Below are positions 22,901 to 34,838 of a stretch of DNA of 64,000 nucleotides, piece after piece (position 1 is the stretch's first letter; the number at the start of each line of letters is the position of its first letter). Position numbers and translations under genes: made by a program. The stretch is from Stegostoma tigrinum (lineage: Eukaryota). The notes under the pieces were generated by a model that saw only the letters and a list, made by a program, of their open reading frames with translations, ran no database searches and was not told where the DNA came from. The DNA is taken from NCBI RefSeq assembly GCF_030684315.1, contig NC_081384.1, positions 4,073,829-4,137,828 on the forward strand. The letters are read 5' to 3'.

Positions 22901-25054
22901 AACTGGTTCACAAAGTTAATTCTGCCAGCTGAGGAATGGAAAGTGGGGATAAAACAACAGAGGGGGTGGAGGGAAAGTGTAGAAATCAGAAAACCTGAGC
23001 AAATTTCCTTTGTGTTTGCATAATTTTGTTGCTCATGCAGTGGTATGCGATCTGTAGTAGAGAACAAAAATGTAGCAACTTGATTTACGAGACAAATAAC
23101 AAAACAGGAAGAATCAAGATAAACAATGCTGTTTGACATCTCGGCACAGTATCGAATCCTGTGTTTTTGGCAATTTCTAATTTTTGAAATACAGTGACCC
23201 TAGTCTTGATGTGTTGCTTTCTATTGAAGTCACCACTGCTGTTAAAGAGAGGCAAATGAACAAAGCCTTTAGGAGGGGCTTTTCGTTGAGTGGTTCGGCA
23301 CGGCTTTGTCAGGATGGTCAAAAAGCACAATAATTAAATGTAAATAAAAGGCTGTAATTTTTAAATATGGGAAAAAAAACAGGCTTCAATCCTTAACATT
23401 TTTCAGAATTTATCAGTTTATTCTGCCTTTCCGGATTTTTGTTCACGAAATACACATTGCTCTCAGCTCCTCTGAACGTACACAGTGCCATTGAGTATGA
23501 TTCATGTGTGTTGAGGGCAGAGAGTCACATTATTTTTCCATTTTGGTGCTGGGAGTTATCAATTAATAAAGCTTCAATTGAATCCAGGGTCAGACTTGCA
23601 AAGAAATTTACACATCTTTGCTGTGGAAGCTAAGCAATATCCAATTGTGTTCTGATATCGATTTGCTAATGCCTTACCGTTTTCTCTTTTCTCAGGAGCA
23701 TTTTTTGGCAAATGAAGAAAATCGACATCCCAAAGGCCTGCCAATCATAGAGCAACTGCGAGTTTTCATTGTTTTTCCTCCTCATTTACAAGAGCAGAAC
23801 CAATATTCGGAGATTGAGGAAACAGATTATGTGCCACATTTTTAAAGGCATATGAACTTTGTCAATCTATTCCATGGTAGTTTAATCTTATTTCATGTAA
23901 CATACACAAATGAGTGGAACATACATAAATCTATCTAGTACAAAAGAACAAAGACAAATACAGCATAATTTTACAGGAAATGTATTAAATCATAGACAAA
24001 TTCCAAATTTGTTCCATGTACTTGTAGTTCGTTCACCTGCAACTGCGTCCCTTTTTGATTTCTGCATCTTGCATATTAAATAATTAAATTGTTCAGAAGT
24101 ATTTTGAGATTTTCATCTTTGTTGGGCTACCAGATAGAGTATATAATGGATAATTCCAACGCTGAGTGTAATTATCAAAACAAACACTTAAAAGGAATTC
24201 ACATAATCATAATTAAAAACGACCATTAAATATCCCTCAATAAGAAAAAGATTACCATGCAACTGACAGATAATGGTATTTTGAAAGGCACCCGCGTTTC
24301 ACTACTGATGTTCTTTGCCTGCTGCAACCATTAATATTTAACGCCAATCACTAAGTTATTCTAATTTTACTACATAAAGGTTTGCACTAACGATCGGTGT
24401 TAAATGTTACGCTGCTATTAATGGCTTCAATTTGACTGGCTGGCGTCCAACCGCAGAATAAAAGGACCGAGGCGTTGTGGAAGTCTGTTAGTCTTCGCTC
24501 ATTTTCAAAATTGGGTTTCGCAATTCATTTCTGGTCACCCAAAGCGCCTCCTTTACTAGGTTTTTATTCCAATGAGGCGTTGTGTTTTAAAGAATTCATA
24601 CAAAACTATCCATAATTGGTAATCACGGATGCTGTAATTTAAGACCCCCAGCTATAGCTTTCATATTATCCTCTGATCTATTGCTACAAATGGCCCGCAA
24701 TAATCAACTCTGGGGAGAGGATTACAACCTTCCTCATTCCTGAATATCATCACTTGCACATCATTCTCAAAGAGCATGATTTATCACACAGACGAGCATA
24801 AACAACACACAACTTGCACACAATGGCATCCATAGCGTTGCTGACATATTTTTGCAATAAATCAAGAAAGCAAGAAGGAAAACATTCCCACAAAAAATCA
24901 AAGAAAATGGAGAAATAAACAAATATACCACCGTGGTAAATTGAAAAATAGAAGGAAAGGCACTATTTGTCAAATGTTATGACAGTCTTGTAAAACATAA
25001 ATAACACACATAATATTTACATAGAGAGACACGAGGCAGTGCAGCTGTACTTAC

Positions 25055-25250
25055 AATAATCCAACCCACGGTGTGTCTCTCTCTTCCCAAATTGTTTTAT
25101 TCCAGCCTCTCTCTCAACTTATAGGCTTGTTTTTAAAAGGACAGTAGAATTTCACGTCAGACACAGGGAGACCATGTCGGCGATTTACCGACGAATACAT
25201 ATCTATTCTGCAACAGCTGCATTAATTATTTAATGAGTCACGTGATCGAG
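25055..25250 (-). other. Candidate distal non-coding first exon and promoter of HoxB3
   Basis: GTCACGTGA E-box and ATTAATTATTTAATG homeodomain cluster (25221-25245), a CpG-containing stretch, then donor |GTAAGT at 25054. Vertebrate Hoxb3 uses a distal promoter 3' of Hoxb4. Confidence 0.5.
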
Positions 25251-27435
25251 GGGGAAGGGGGGATTTCAAATTCATACTCCACGGAGAAGTGTCACCTTCC
25301 ACTGGGAGAGAGGAAAATATTTCGTATTCTTTTCAATTCTTAATGATTTTTGTTTTCAATATGATATTCATGCATTGCTATTAACACCTGCTAAAAGTGG
25401 GATTCAAGAGATTTTTAGTCGGGCGAGAACTGAACAAAAAGTGACTATTTCAAAGATTTCAGATCTTTCTAAGACTCATCCTTCGCATTCTAAGTCGCTT
25501 CTTCAGACTTAGAACCATGCCCATTCTTAATGGCGTCCTTTATTCATCATAGCTATTACAACTAGAAACATGTCACTACGATCATACATTTCTGCCTGTT
25601 TCATTTCACCACTAATTTACTTCTCCCAATGCATTGTCTTTCCAAGTTTCATACGCTATATTTTACCTTTCACGTCCTTGTTTTCTGTCGCGCAGCTGGC
25701 TTTGTATTATTGTGGAATCACTATGTATTTTTCAAGAAAGATCCCTTTTCTCCTCGCAAGGACACTCTACTCTTGCTACAAACCTGGCAACAATTGCTAC
25801 CAGTAACATAAATGCCTCCGAAAAATTTCGAGCAATTAGAGGAACGATACGCCTTTTTGAAAAAAAAATCAACCAAATCTATTTTGTGTGGGTGACATTG
25901 TAAGGATTCGGATCAAATCTGTGCTAAAGGCTGCTGAATCTCTTATTATCAGGGAGGGATGGATAAGGTGGAGGATCCTCTTCTGTTTTTTGGTATCAGT
26001 GTAGCTATTTCTTTTAAAAAGCCCAATAATCTTGATGAGAATCATGCTCCGAGAAAACAATTTGACACAGAGCTTTAGAACTTGGTCTTTTTTCAATATT
26101 CTCTTTGCGGGTGCTTCCTAACTTGCACACCAGCAATATAAATTGCGGTAGGTTTATTTTAAAATAGCACCAGAGAATATTTCGTTGTAAGTTTAAGGAA
26201 TCTGTCTTAAGTGGCCCATAATATTACCTGGAACTCAGTCTTTGTTCTCTTTAGAAACCCCACCGTTTTCAGAAAATTATAATGATATAATTTAATGATA
26301 TCCTTATAAAGCTCATCCGTCATATTTATTGCATTTTAAACTGATGTTAGAACATTCCAGAGGCTTATAAAAGAGGATAAAGCATGTTCCGTTATAAGAG
26401 GCACCTAAATAATTTGGGGGGAAAAGCATGGGTTGAGGGGCGGGACTTCTCATCCAACAAAGGCAATGTTTTTGTTTATTTGTTTTTAACAGACATTTGA
26501 AACTTTTTTCTCTAATACATGATGAATTATTGCGTTCATGTGTTTTTTCGTCTTGAAAAAACACAACACTTTGCAACAATAAACTAGAGTTAGAAAAGAT
26601 GCGGAAAAATTGGGTTTCAGCTTCCCGCACTGTCTATACAATTTGCATCATATGGTAGTTGTTTCTTAAATCGTGAAAAGGTGATATCGATTTGATGCTC
26701 TTAGCGAAGAAAGACCCTGAATAACAATAAGGTTTGAATTAGGGCGTCCACTTCTAGCAGAGCTATGATAAGAATAAGCTAGTCTGCAAAGCCCAACACG
26801 TTGCATGCACTAAATGCCTTTCTCTTCCATCCCTCTCTGCCTCCCCTTTAACTCGATGTCCATTGTCCGCAAGTAAACCACATGTAATAATATTTAAAAG
26901 TCAAGCTAAAATCTGTTTCTTATCACAAATACACAAAAATGTTTCAATAAAATTCAAGGCATTACAATATTAAAAATTATTGAATCTTATTGAATTTTCT
27001 GTAGTGAAAAGGCAGCCTGATAGCAAAACAATGGTTTTTCTTCTCAATGGTTTGAATTTTAGAGACCATTCTGAAATGCAGTTATAAAGACCAGCACGCA
27101 CGCATACACGGACACAGGCATGTGTGCACGCATCTAAAATTCATCCCACGGCCTATTCTTAGCCATTGCTGAATATTTTAAAAAAGGGATTTCAAAACAA
27201 ACATTCAAGATCGTTTATCTTTTTTAATGCAAGTTGGAACACTCAAGCAACCCTAACAGAACGGACACTCTCAGAGGCGCACCACAGATTTTAAATCCAG
27301 TGAACGAGGGGTAACCCTGAATTTTTTTATCCTTTACTATTGAGAATGTTCAGATAGAACAGAGTCATGTCTTAAAGGTCAAGGGTTTCAGAGGTCAGAC
27401 TGTTAGTATAAAAACAGCTAATCGGACAGAAAAGT

Positions 27436-27452
27436 TGTCCTTTCCGTGAACC
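27436..27452 (-). promoter_or_regulatory. HoxB4 3' DR5 RARE (early neural enhancer type)
   Basis: GGTTCA-CGGAA-AGGACA DR5, about 2.8 kb 3' of the HoxB4 stop, matching the position of Hox4 3' RAREs. Confidence 0.8.
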
Positions 27453-30212
27453 CTTTCTGCCGTCCTGCTGACCAACCGACATGCTGATTTTATTCTGTAA
27501 CCTTCATGTATGGTTAAAAACTTCATAAAACGATAAGTAACAAGACACAAAATATAAGCAGATTGTACAACCAATATGTGGACAGTGTGTGTTACAAGTC
27601 GCACAGAGCAAGCATGCGTTGCCATATAATTGTCAAAAGAACAACAAAGCGATTCAAAGCGAGGAAATCAATTGACTTTGTTTGCTATTACCTTTCCTTT
27701 CAGCATTTTCCGTTCTCCAATTCTGAACATTTTTGCGAGTTTTAAGCATGGTTGAGAGGCAATCTTGCGATGTGACTGAAAAATTCCACACTCTGCTCAT
27801 ATTTTTAAAGGACTCTCCAGGTCGCACACCACTTTTCCCCGGGACGAGCCATCCAGATTTGCTGTTGAGCAACAATGGGAGAAGTATTTAAAGAAAGAAG
27901 TGATTAATGATTTCAAGTTAATTCTCGCATTTTCAGAACCTCTCTGAGTACAAATAATGCCTGTGAACTTTAGTTGTATAGCTTGCATTCAGAGCCTTTG
28001 GCAACAGTCTGGCAGAGGGTGTAGGACTGACTGGCCTGTGATCTGTGTTTGAATGGAGAAAATTGAACAGCTACTGGCGAGATTCAATGAATAATTCTTA
28101 TATTATTAACTAAAGTAATTACTCATCAAAACACTTCAGAATTATATACCTTAACGAAAATGTTACATTTGGAAACGCTGCATTTCAGATCATCTCAGTT
28201 TCGTGGGACCTCCGGGATGGAGGGGGATGGGGGAAGCACAAAACACATACACATTGGTTAGAAAAGATTTTCTCATATAAGCGACAGATTGTAAATCTTT
28301 CTGTTGTCTCCAAAGGCAATTCATGATTTAAGAAAATCAAACTTTATTCGTGTTTCTTTTGTAACAACTGGAACATAATGTAAAACACATTCCAACCAAA
28401 CATCAGAAAGGGACATTTTGTATTCTGTTCAGATCAATGATGTTTTGCAGGTTGAGTTTAAAGGGAATATTTTTGATGAATGGAGGTAGGGTAGAGTGAG
28501 ATTACCATTTCGTTTAGTTATGACATCTAAATACAGTTTTGTAACAATATCTGTTAAATTACGTTCTAAGGCAAAACACGTGTATCAGTAAACTGAACCC
28601 TTGAAATACTACACTTAAATATTGAATGTTGTATTGTGCAATGCTGTGCACCCCAGTTAGCTTCTCTTTCTGTATGTGATGCAGTTTCAGACTCCAGGTT
28701 GCATATGCAATATGTTATAAGAAAGAAAATTAAAATTAATACAAAGCTTCATCTGACAAAAGAGGTCATTTGTCTTCTTGATTATCTATTTGCTTGTCAA
28801 AGCTTGAACCATTACATCTTCCAATCCCTTTCCAATACTCAAACACACATGCACAAAGAAGGAAACTGCTAAGAGGTTCTGTAAAAATGATACGATGAAT
28901 TTAACTGAACAAGATTGAGTGTTCTACAAGGAAAAGGGAGGCATGGTGACGAACGTAAACAATCAAGAAATAACAGATCACTGTAGTGAATTAACAAATC
29001 TTCATCAAGGACTGTTTTCCGAACGTATTACCCCTATTAAATTATTGCACATTTCATCTGTATTTACAAGCAGGTGTAAAGGACTCGAACAATGTCAGGA
29101 TGGGCATTGTGTCTGATTAGAGGTGAACCTTTCTGACTTTTTTTAACCAAAACCTATGTCCTTTGTTATCACCCTGGCCGACTCACACAGCTGAATGAGC
29201 TTAAGGAAATTTGAAGTTATACTACAAGATCATATTGCTTCAGAAAATGCACCAGCAGACTTGATATAAATAAACAAAGGAAAGATACACCTCGAAAAAA
29301 TTTATTTCGGTTATTACTATTTACACGTATTTTGGTCTGGATGAGAGTCAATACATAGAGAACAATGCAAGGACACAGACTGCTAACGAAAATACATCCT
29401 CCTGTGGGCCGGAGCGAAGTAGCTGATAAGCTTCAAAGTTTGGAATGTCATAAAGAATTATAAGGAAATTAAAACTGAAAACTTCATCTGTCTAACTTTC
29501 CACTTCTTTCAGCTAATGTACAATTTGCTAATACTGAGGCCAGAAGCAAGTATTATATCGTGGCTGTACAAGTCACATGCAACATATTTTCGTAACCACT
29601 TTAAATAACTTTGTTGACATAATTTATTCCTACACATGATTTTTACACGTTTGTCTTTAAGTCCAACTACATACATGTTTATTGGCACCGAAAGTAATAT
29701 ATTTGGGATCAAAACGTCTGAAGAAAACGTACATGTCGGTGTAATATTCCAAAGAAAATACCCCAAGTGTTTCTTTTTGTAAAACCCAATGGAAAATGAC
29801 TCCAAGCTTAAAACCACAAGGGCCATCTTGCTGAAATGCTTCAACATTCTTGTGCGTTTGTTTTGTGTGAATAAAAGACAGTTTGTCATCCCAGGTTGAC
29901 GAAACGGAGCCTCATTTATTAAAGTGTTCGTTTGCTGTCGAGGTAATCGTAGGCATAGAGTTCATCCTTTGTACCACCAAGTAAACATGACAAATGGGGA
30001 GACTTTGGCGTGATTAAAGATGAAACGAGGATTCATCTTTGCCAATCTCTTCTGAAAACTGCAATCTACAATATTACTTATGGGGGAGGGGAAGAGGAGT
30101 GGGCAAAATCAGAGTATTTACAGTTTAGATTTTGCCACTATAAATAAACAATCTTTCAGTTAAAATTCTATGTTTATGCGCGCGTCTACCAATTTCTCTC
30201 CAATAAGAGCAG

Positions 30213-30532
30213 CTATAATGTGGCTGATGGTCCACTTGGCTCCTGGTTTTGAGAGCTTCCTTGCGACTGATGACTTGCAGAGGACGAAGAGCCTGTAGTA
30301 GACCTGATTTTGGTATTTGGCAACTTGTGGTCCTTTTTCCATTTCATTCGCCTGTTCTGGAACCATATTTTAATCTGCCGTTCTGACAGGCAAAGAGAAT
30401 GGGCTATTTCCACCCTTCGTCTCCGGGTTAGGTAACGATTAAAATGGAACTCCTTCTCCAGCTCTAGAACTTGCTGCCTCGTGTAAGCAGTGCGGGAGCG
30501 TTTGGGTTCCCCTCCTTTGTAATTAGGGTTCA
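30213..30532 (-). CDS. HOXB4: HoxB4 coding exon 2 (homeodomain)
   Basis: Acceptor TTCAG| then [75 protein letters not shown]. Confidence 0.96.
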
Positions 30533-30718
30533 CTGAACAAAAAGCAACAACACAGAAATAACTGACTGAACACCACGAATCTCACAAGGAATAGAACTAG
30601 TGTACTTAAAGTAAGCATTAGAGTAAGAAAAATGTAAACGTTCACTTCTATCATTAACTGCTGTTCAAAGAGGTCTGAGCGGCTAGGACACTACACATCA
30701 AAGGCACATGGCCAGAAG

Positions 30719-30788
30719 TGTAATTGTACTGCAATAAAAATTTATGGAGGATGTGATTACTGACCTCCAGATAGGCGATCGTAAATCT
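30719..30788. promoter_or_regulatory. HB-1-type homeodomain/Cdx-binding element in the HoxB4 intron
   Basis: TAATTG...CAATAAAAATTTATGG...GATTACTGAC...GATCGTAAAT cluster near the 5' end of the Hox4 intron, as expected for HB-1. Confidence 0.75.
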
Positions 30789-30863
30789 AAAGAAAAGCTA
30801 TTTACAGTGGGTGCAATAGATCCCGGACTTTCAGGTGGTAAAAAGCCCAGGCAAACGACTCAC

Positions 30864-31269
30864 CGGTGTTTATATGCAATTTCTTCATCCACGGATAAAC
30901 CACGGGCTCTTTGGAACAAGCAGTGTTTTGGTTGCTGAAGTTCTGGCTGCAAGAGGGCGGTGGGCTTGGAGTCACAGAGACACACTGGTGGCCATGCTTG
31001 CCTAAGTGGTTCTGCAGGCCGGTCTGCGATTGTACGTGACCCCTAGGCGCCACGGCTTGCTCGCCCGAGCCCTGGAGGTTGCTGCAAGAGGAGTACGGCT
31101 GCTCGCTGTACGCTGACCGCGGGTACATCGCCTCATGCTGGAACCCGGGCTCCCGTGACCGGGTAAAGTATTCCGGAGAATGGCTCGGTAAGTAATTGTT
31201 CTGTGAATACTCTTCACACGGTGGAAATTTAGGGTCCACATAGTTAGAATTAATCAAAAACGAACTCAT
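30864..31269 (-). CDS. HOXB4: HoxB4 coding exon 1 (spliced protein 241 aa)
   Basis: MSSFLINSNYVDPKFPPCEEYSQ paralogue-group-4 N-terminus; KEPVVYPWMKK hexapeptide; donor CCG|GTGAGT, phase 1. Confidence 0.95.
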
Positions 31270-31339
31270 GACCTTTAATATCTGAAATGCAAAATAACTC
31301 AAAATTTTTTCTAACCCAGCCGTTTTTCCTGTTACCTAA

Positions 31340-31435
31340 ACCCTCCTACTTTACTGTCAAGTGAACAAAGTTAGGCGTTCATGTGACACTGACAACCAAT
31401 GGTTGGTCCCTTTCGATTCCCGGATAAGGAAATAG
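31340..31435 (-). promoter_or_regulatory. HoxB4 proximal promoter
   Basis: CATGTGAC E-box (USF type) and CCAAT (NF-Y type), plus CTGTCA and AACAAAG motifs, 70-160 bp upstream of the ATG. Confidence 0.6.
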
Positions 31436-32665
31436 AATTGGACGGTGAATGCTCCCAAGCTTCTCCTCTAAACAGTATTTGATTGCAGAATTTAGTGAGC
31501 TTCTTTTTTTCATTCCTAAAACTTAGTAATATTACATATAGGTTAATTTTGATTTAAGTCCGTTAAACAAACCAAAATTCGTCGACAAAATTTCCCCCCT
31601 ACAAGTATTAATGATGTCTTGCTAGTCGGTATGACTCCAAAAAATGAGTCAGCTTTTTTAAAAACAAAAAAGCATGAAATAAGATCTGATATATTAGAAT
31701 GTGTCCGTGGCTTGTAAATCTTTTTGTAATCGCGATGCTAACGCCTTTGCAAAGCTTGGGGAGGAGGGAAGGCGTAATAGCTGGCAAAGATAAATCGTGC
31801 TGCTTTGGATCAATAGAAAATTCATCAACTAATTCAGGACACCTAAGTCAACAAATTACATTTAGCAATGCAGTAGACGGCGGTATATTCGCCCAGAATA
31901 TCTCATCGTGAAACGATTCCACTTCAAACATATTCAAAATACCACAATTATCAGATAAAAACGTTTCACAGGTAGCAGCCACACACAAGTCTAAACGAAG
32001 TTGCCCATGTTCACAAACTGTGGGAGGAATGTGAATACACGTTCGCCTCTTGCTACATTGAATCGCATTCGTTGACTTTAATTAGAAAGACGCCTTATGC
32101 AACAGAGCTGCACCATGCTTGCAATTTGGAAATCGTATGTTTTTCAACTCCAGAGAAAATGTGACATAAATGACTGTAACGTTTTATTTAAAATGATATA
32201 TGTAAGATTGAAAGAAAATGCTGCAAATAGCCGGATTTAAATAATTGGAGCTACTCATATTCTTCTGTTTGATAGACTGTAATGTCATGGTCAGCAAACG
32301 ACATGCGCATGGGATTTCGGGTTGATTAATATCTAAGTCATATCAAGTCCTGTAAAGCTAATCATTTTAACGGAGAAATGCGCAGTATTATCGAAAAAGG
32401 TAACAGTTACATTCCATATTTAAATGACGTAACAAATACAGCACCACAGAGTGCTGAGAATTGTTACAACAAGATTGAACAGGGAGGGGTAAGGGTGCTG
32501 TGGGGGAGGACAGCTCGCCATTCCAGACAGCAGTCTGACCCGCAGAATCAGGTAGATGAACACTATGCTTCGATTTTATTTATTCAGCTATATTATCGAT
32601 TTGTACGAAGAAAATTCTAGGCGTGAATACATTCTTCTGTCTTCCGAGTGAATGTTGTAGCGTTT

Positions 32666-32756
32666 GTGTCGACTACATACTCCCCTAGATACGAATTTGT
32701 GACCACAACTTTGTCAACACAAATTCGGATCTACAGGGTATATATAGAGGACAGAC
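32666..32756 (-). ncRNA. MIR10A: mir-10 (miR-10a-type) precursor hairpin
   Basis: Minus strand carries mature TACCCTGTAGATCCGAATTTGTG (32718-32740) and star arm CAAATTCGTATCTAGGGGAGTA (32678-32699), which pair as a hairpin. Canonical position between Hox4 and Hox5. Confidence 0.97.
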
Positions 32757-34433
32757 ATAGATTTCAGCATTTTTGGAGCCCAGAGACGTTCAAAAGCATC
32801 CATTGAACCAACCGTGTTTTAGATGCAGCTACACGACTTTAGTGAGAATCCCTTTCTCTGATTTCTTTCAGTGATTTTTAGTGCAACTATGCAATTTTTT
32901 AAGCCATTGGAATATGAAGAATACTGTTTCGAAAATGCAACGAAAGCAATGTCAATAAATTCGAATCAAAGTATTCAGGAAGATACTAAACAATCCATTG
33001 TCAGGGCCAACTTCGAATCACTGCCCAAATAAACACCCTTACGTTTATATAAATCAGCTAGTTGAGAGGACAGGTCACATGTGATGCTTTCCCAAAACTT
33101 TGTTTCCAGCTGCACTGAGCAAAGAATTTTTCTTTAATTTATTCCCAAGCAGTAGGCAAGCCTCCATGCAGCGATTACATGAATCTTGCAGCAGCCATTG
33201 CGAAAACCAAGCATCCTCCATTTCGATAAATTCTCCTAAAATATAAAGCGTTACTGTGATGTACTTAGCTGATTTATCTTTATGTAGCATGTCGTTGGAG
33301 TGGGAATTAAACGACCAACTAAAATGACCTCTGTAATTTCTTTCATAACCACACACTTCCTTAAAAATAACAACTGCTATTAATTGTCCATAAAATTATA
33401 TAACAAAAACTTTGCCAACCCAAATACATTTACGACGGAGAAGCAGAAATACCAAAAGGTTTCAATATCAAATTATTTCATGAATCAGGACAATATGCTG
33501 TTTCGGACATGTGAACTGTTTCAAAGAACCTTATTTCCGGTCGTAATAAAACATGAAAATGATGCAGGGATTGCACTCAGCACAGCCTCCACATGTGAGA
33601 TGACTTTATGGCTTTTTGTATACATAAAAAACTTTTTACCGTTCTAACTTTACGGTCAGGTTGATCACTATCTTCCTAACCTCTCCAAAACAGAAGCAGA
33701 ATTTTATATAATGTCACTCATAACTAATATCCTTTGCCTTTGCACTTGTGTCTTTTTAACAAGCTTTCACTATTGCTGCAGTTAAAAAGGAAACGAAGAG
33801 CCTGTTCAAAGGCGTCTTTTCGTAAAAGATAATCCCGGTGCCTTGTTTGACTCGCTGTAATAAAAATGTCGACATTTCGGAAGTTTGGAAGATGAATATA
33901 TTTACTGTCCCTATCTGCTCTGCATTTCAAAAGAAGCTCGCTATAGATTGCTATCCTAACAGAGGATGGAAGCATCAGCGGGATGGGGGAGGCCTTTTGC
34001 ACCTCCTGTTTGGGGCTTGCCATAGCATAAGGGAAAGCAGGCCTCAATCTTACTGTAGAATAGGACTCAACACAGCCAATAATATGGATTTAAACAAGTG
34101 AACTTGCAATCACTATCATTACAATAAGAGTTTAAAACCTAACTGTATTAACTTCAGTATCGTCATTGTTTTTATATTTAGAAACACAGTGGTAGTTAAA
34201 GGGCTGCACTTATTTTTGCATTACCAGTATTTAAATTACACATTCTGATAAATTTTGCAAAGTTAATATGCAATATTCTGTATTGAGCAACTTCATACAT
34301 ACACTTACTTCTCTCGATATCGTACTCCCACCCGTTCATCTAGATACACAAGTTGAGGTTAGTTCAAGGCTAGGCATGTCACCAACTTACTCCTACACCC
34401 TAGCATAGTTTTTCCGATTGCGTTGAATCAAGT

Positions 34434-34466
<33 letters not shown>
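34434..34466. repeat. (CA)n microsatellite
   Basis: Read directly from the sequence. Confidence 0.95.
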
Positions 34467-34821
34467 AAACCCCTTTGTGACTTCTTCCTCTACATTCTCA
34501 AATTATACATTACAGGACGCGTCGGTTTGGGCTTTGCAAAAAAATCGCACCGAGTGGTCGAAGAACTTCAACACAAACATATTCGTTCTCCTTTGTCTGT
34601 TCTTGAACTGATAGCATCTAGTTAGAGTAAGGCTTTCCAGCAGCCCCCTTTTTTTCCTCATTCGAAATGCCTAGCAGCTTTTTAAGAAGTGGCCAGTACC
34701 GGCCTGGTGAACATTTTGTTTTCTCCTTCAGTTTTCGTATTAATCTCATACACTGACAGTCTTTGTTAAACACCAAGGCGTGCCGTGCGTCCGAGTACAT
34801 TTTAATATTTGTTAGACGCTT

Positions 34822-34838
34822 TGACCTGAGTTTCACCC
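34822..34838 (-). promoter_or_regulatory. Hox4 5' DR5 RARE (B4U type)
   Basis: GGGTGA-AACTC-AGGTCA DR5 upstream of mir-10 and HoxB4, the position and half-site type of Hox4 upstream RAREs. Confidence 0.8.

Noticed and set aside
31270-31302. N-terminal extensions in the ORF track for HoxB4 (MSYFAFQILKV) and HoxB3 (MGNCE)
   Set aside because: They begin at TTG codons from a permissive start table; the real starts are the conserved ATGs.
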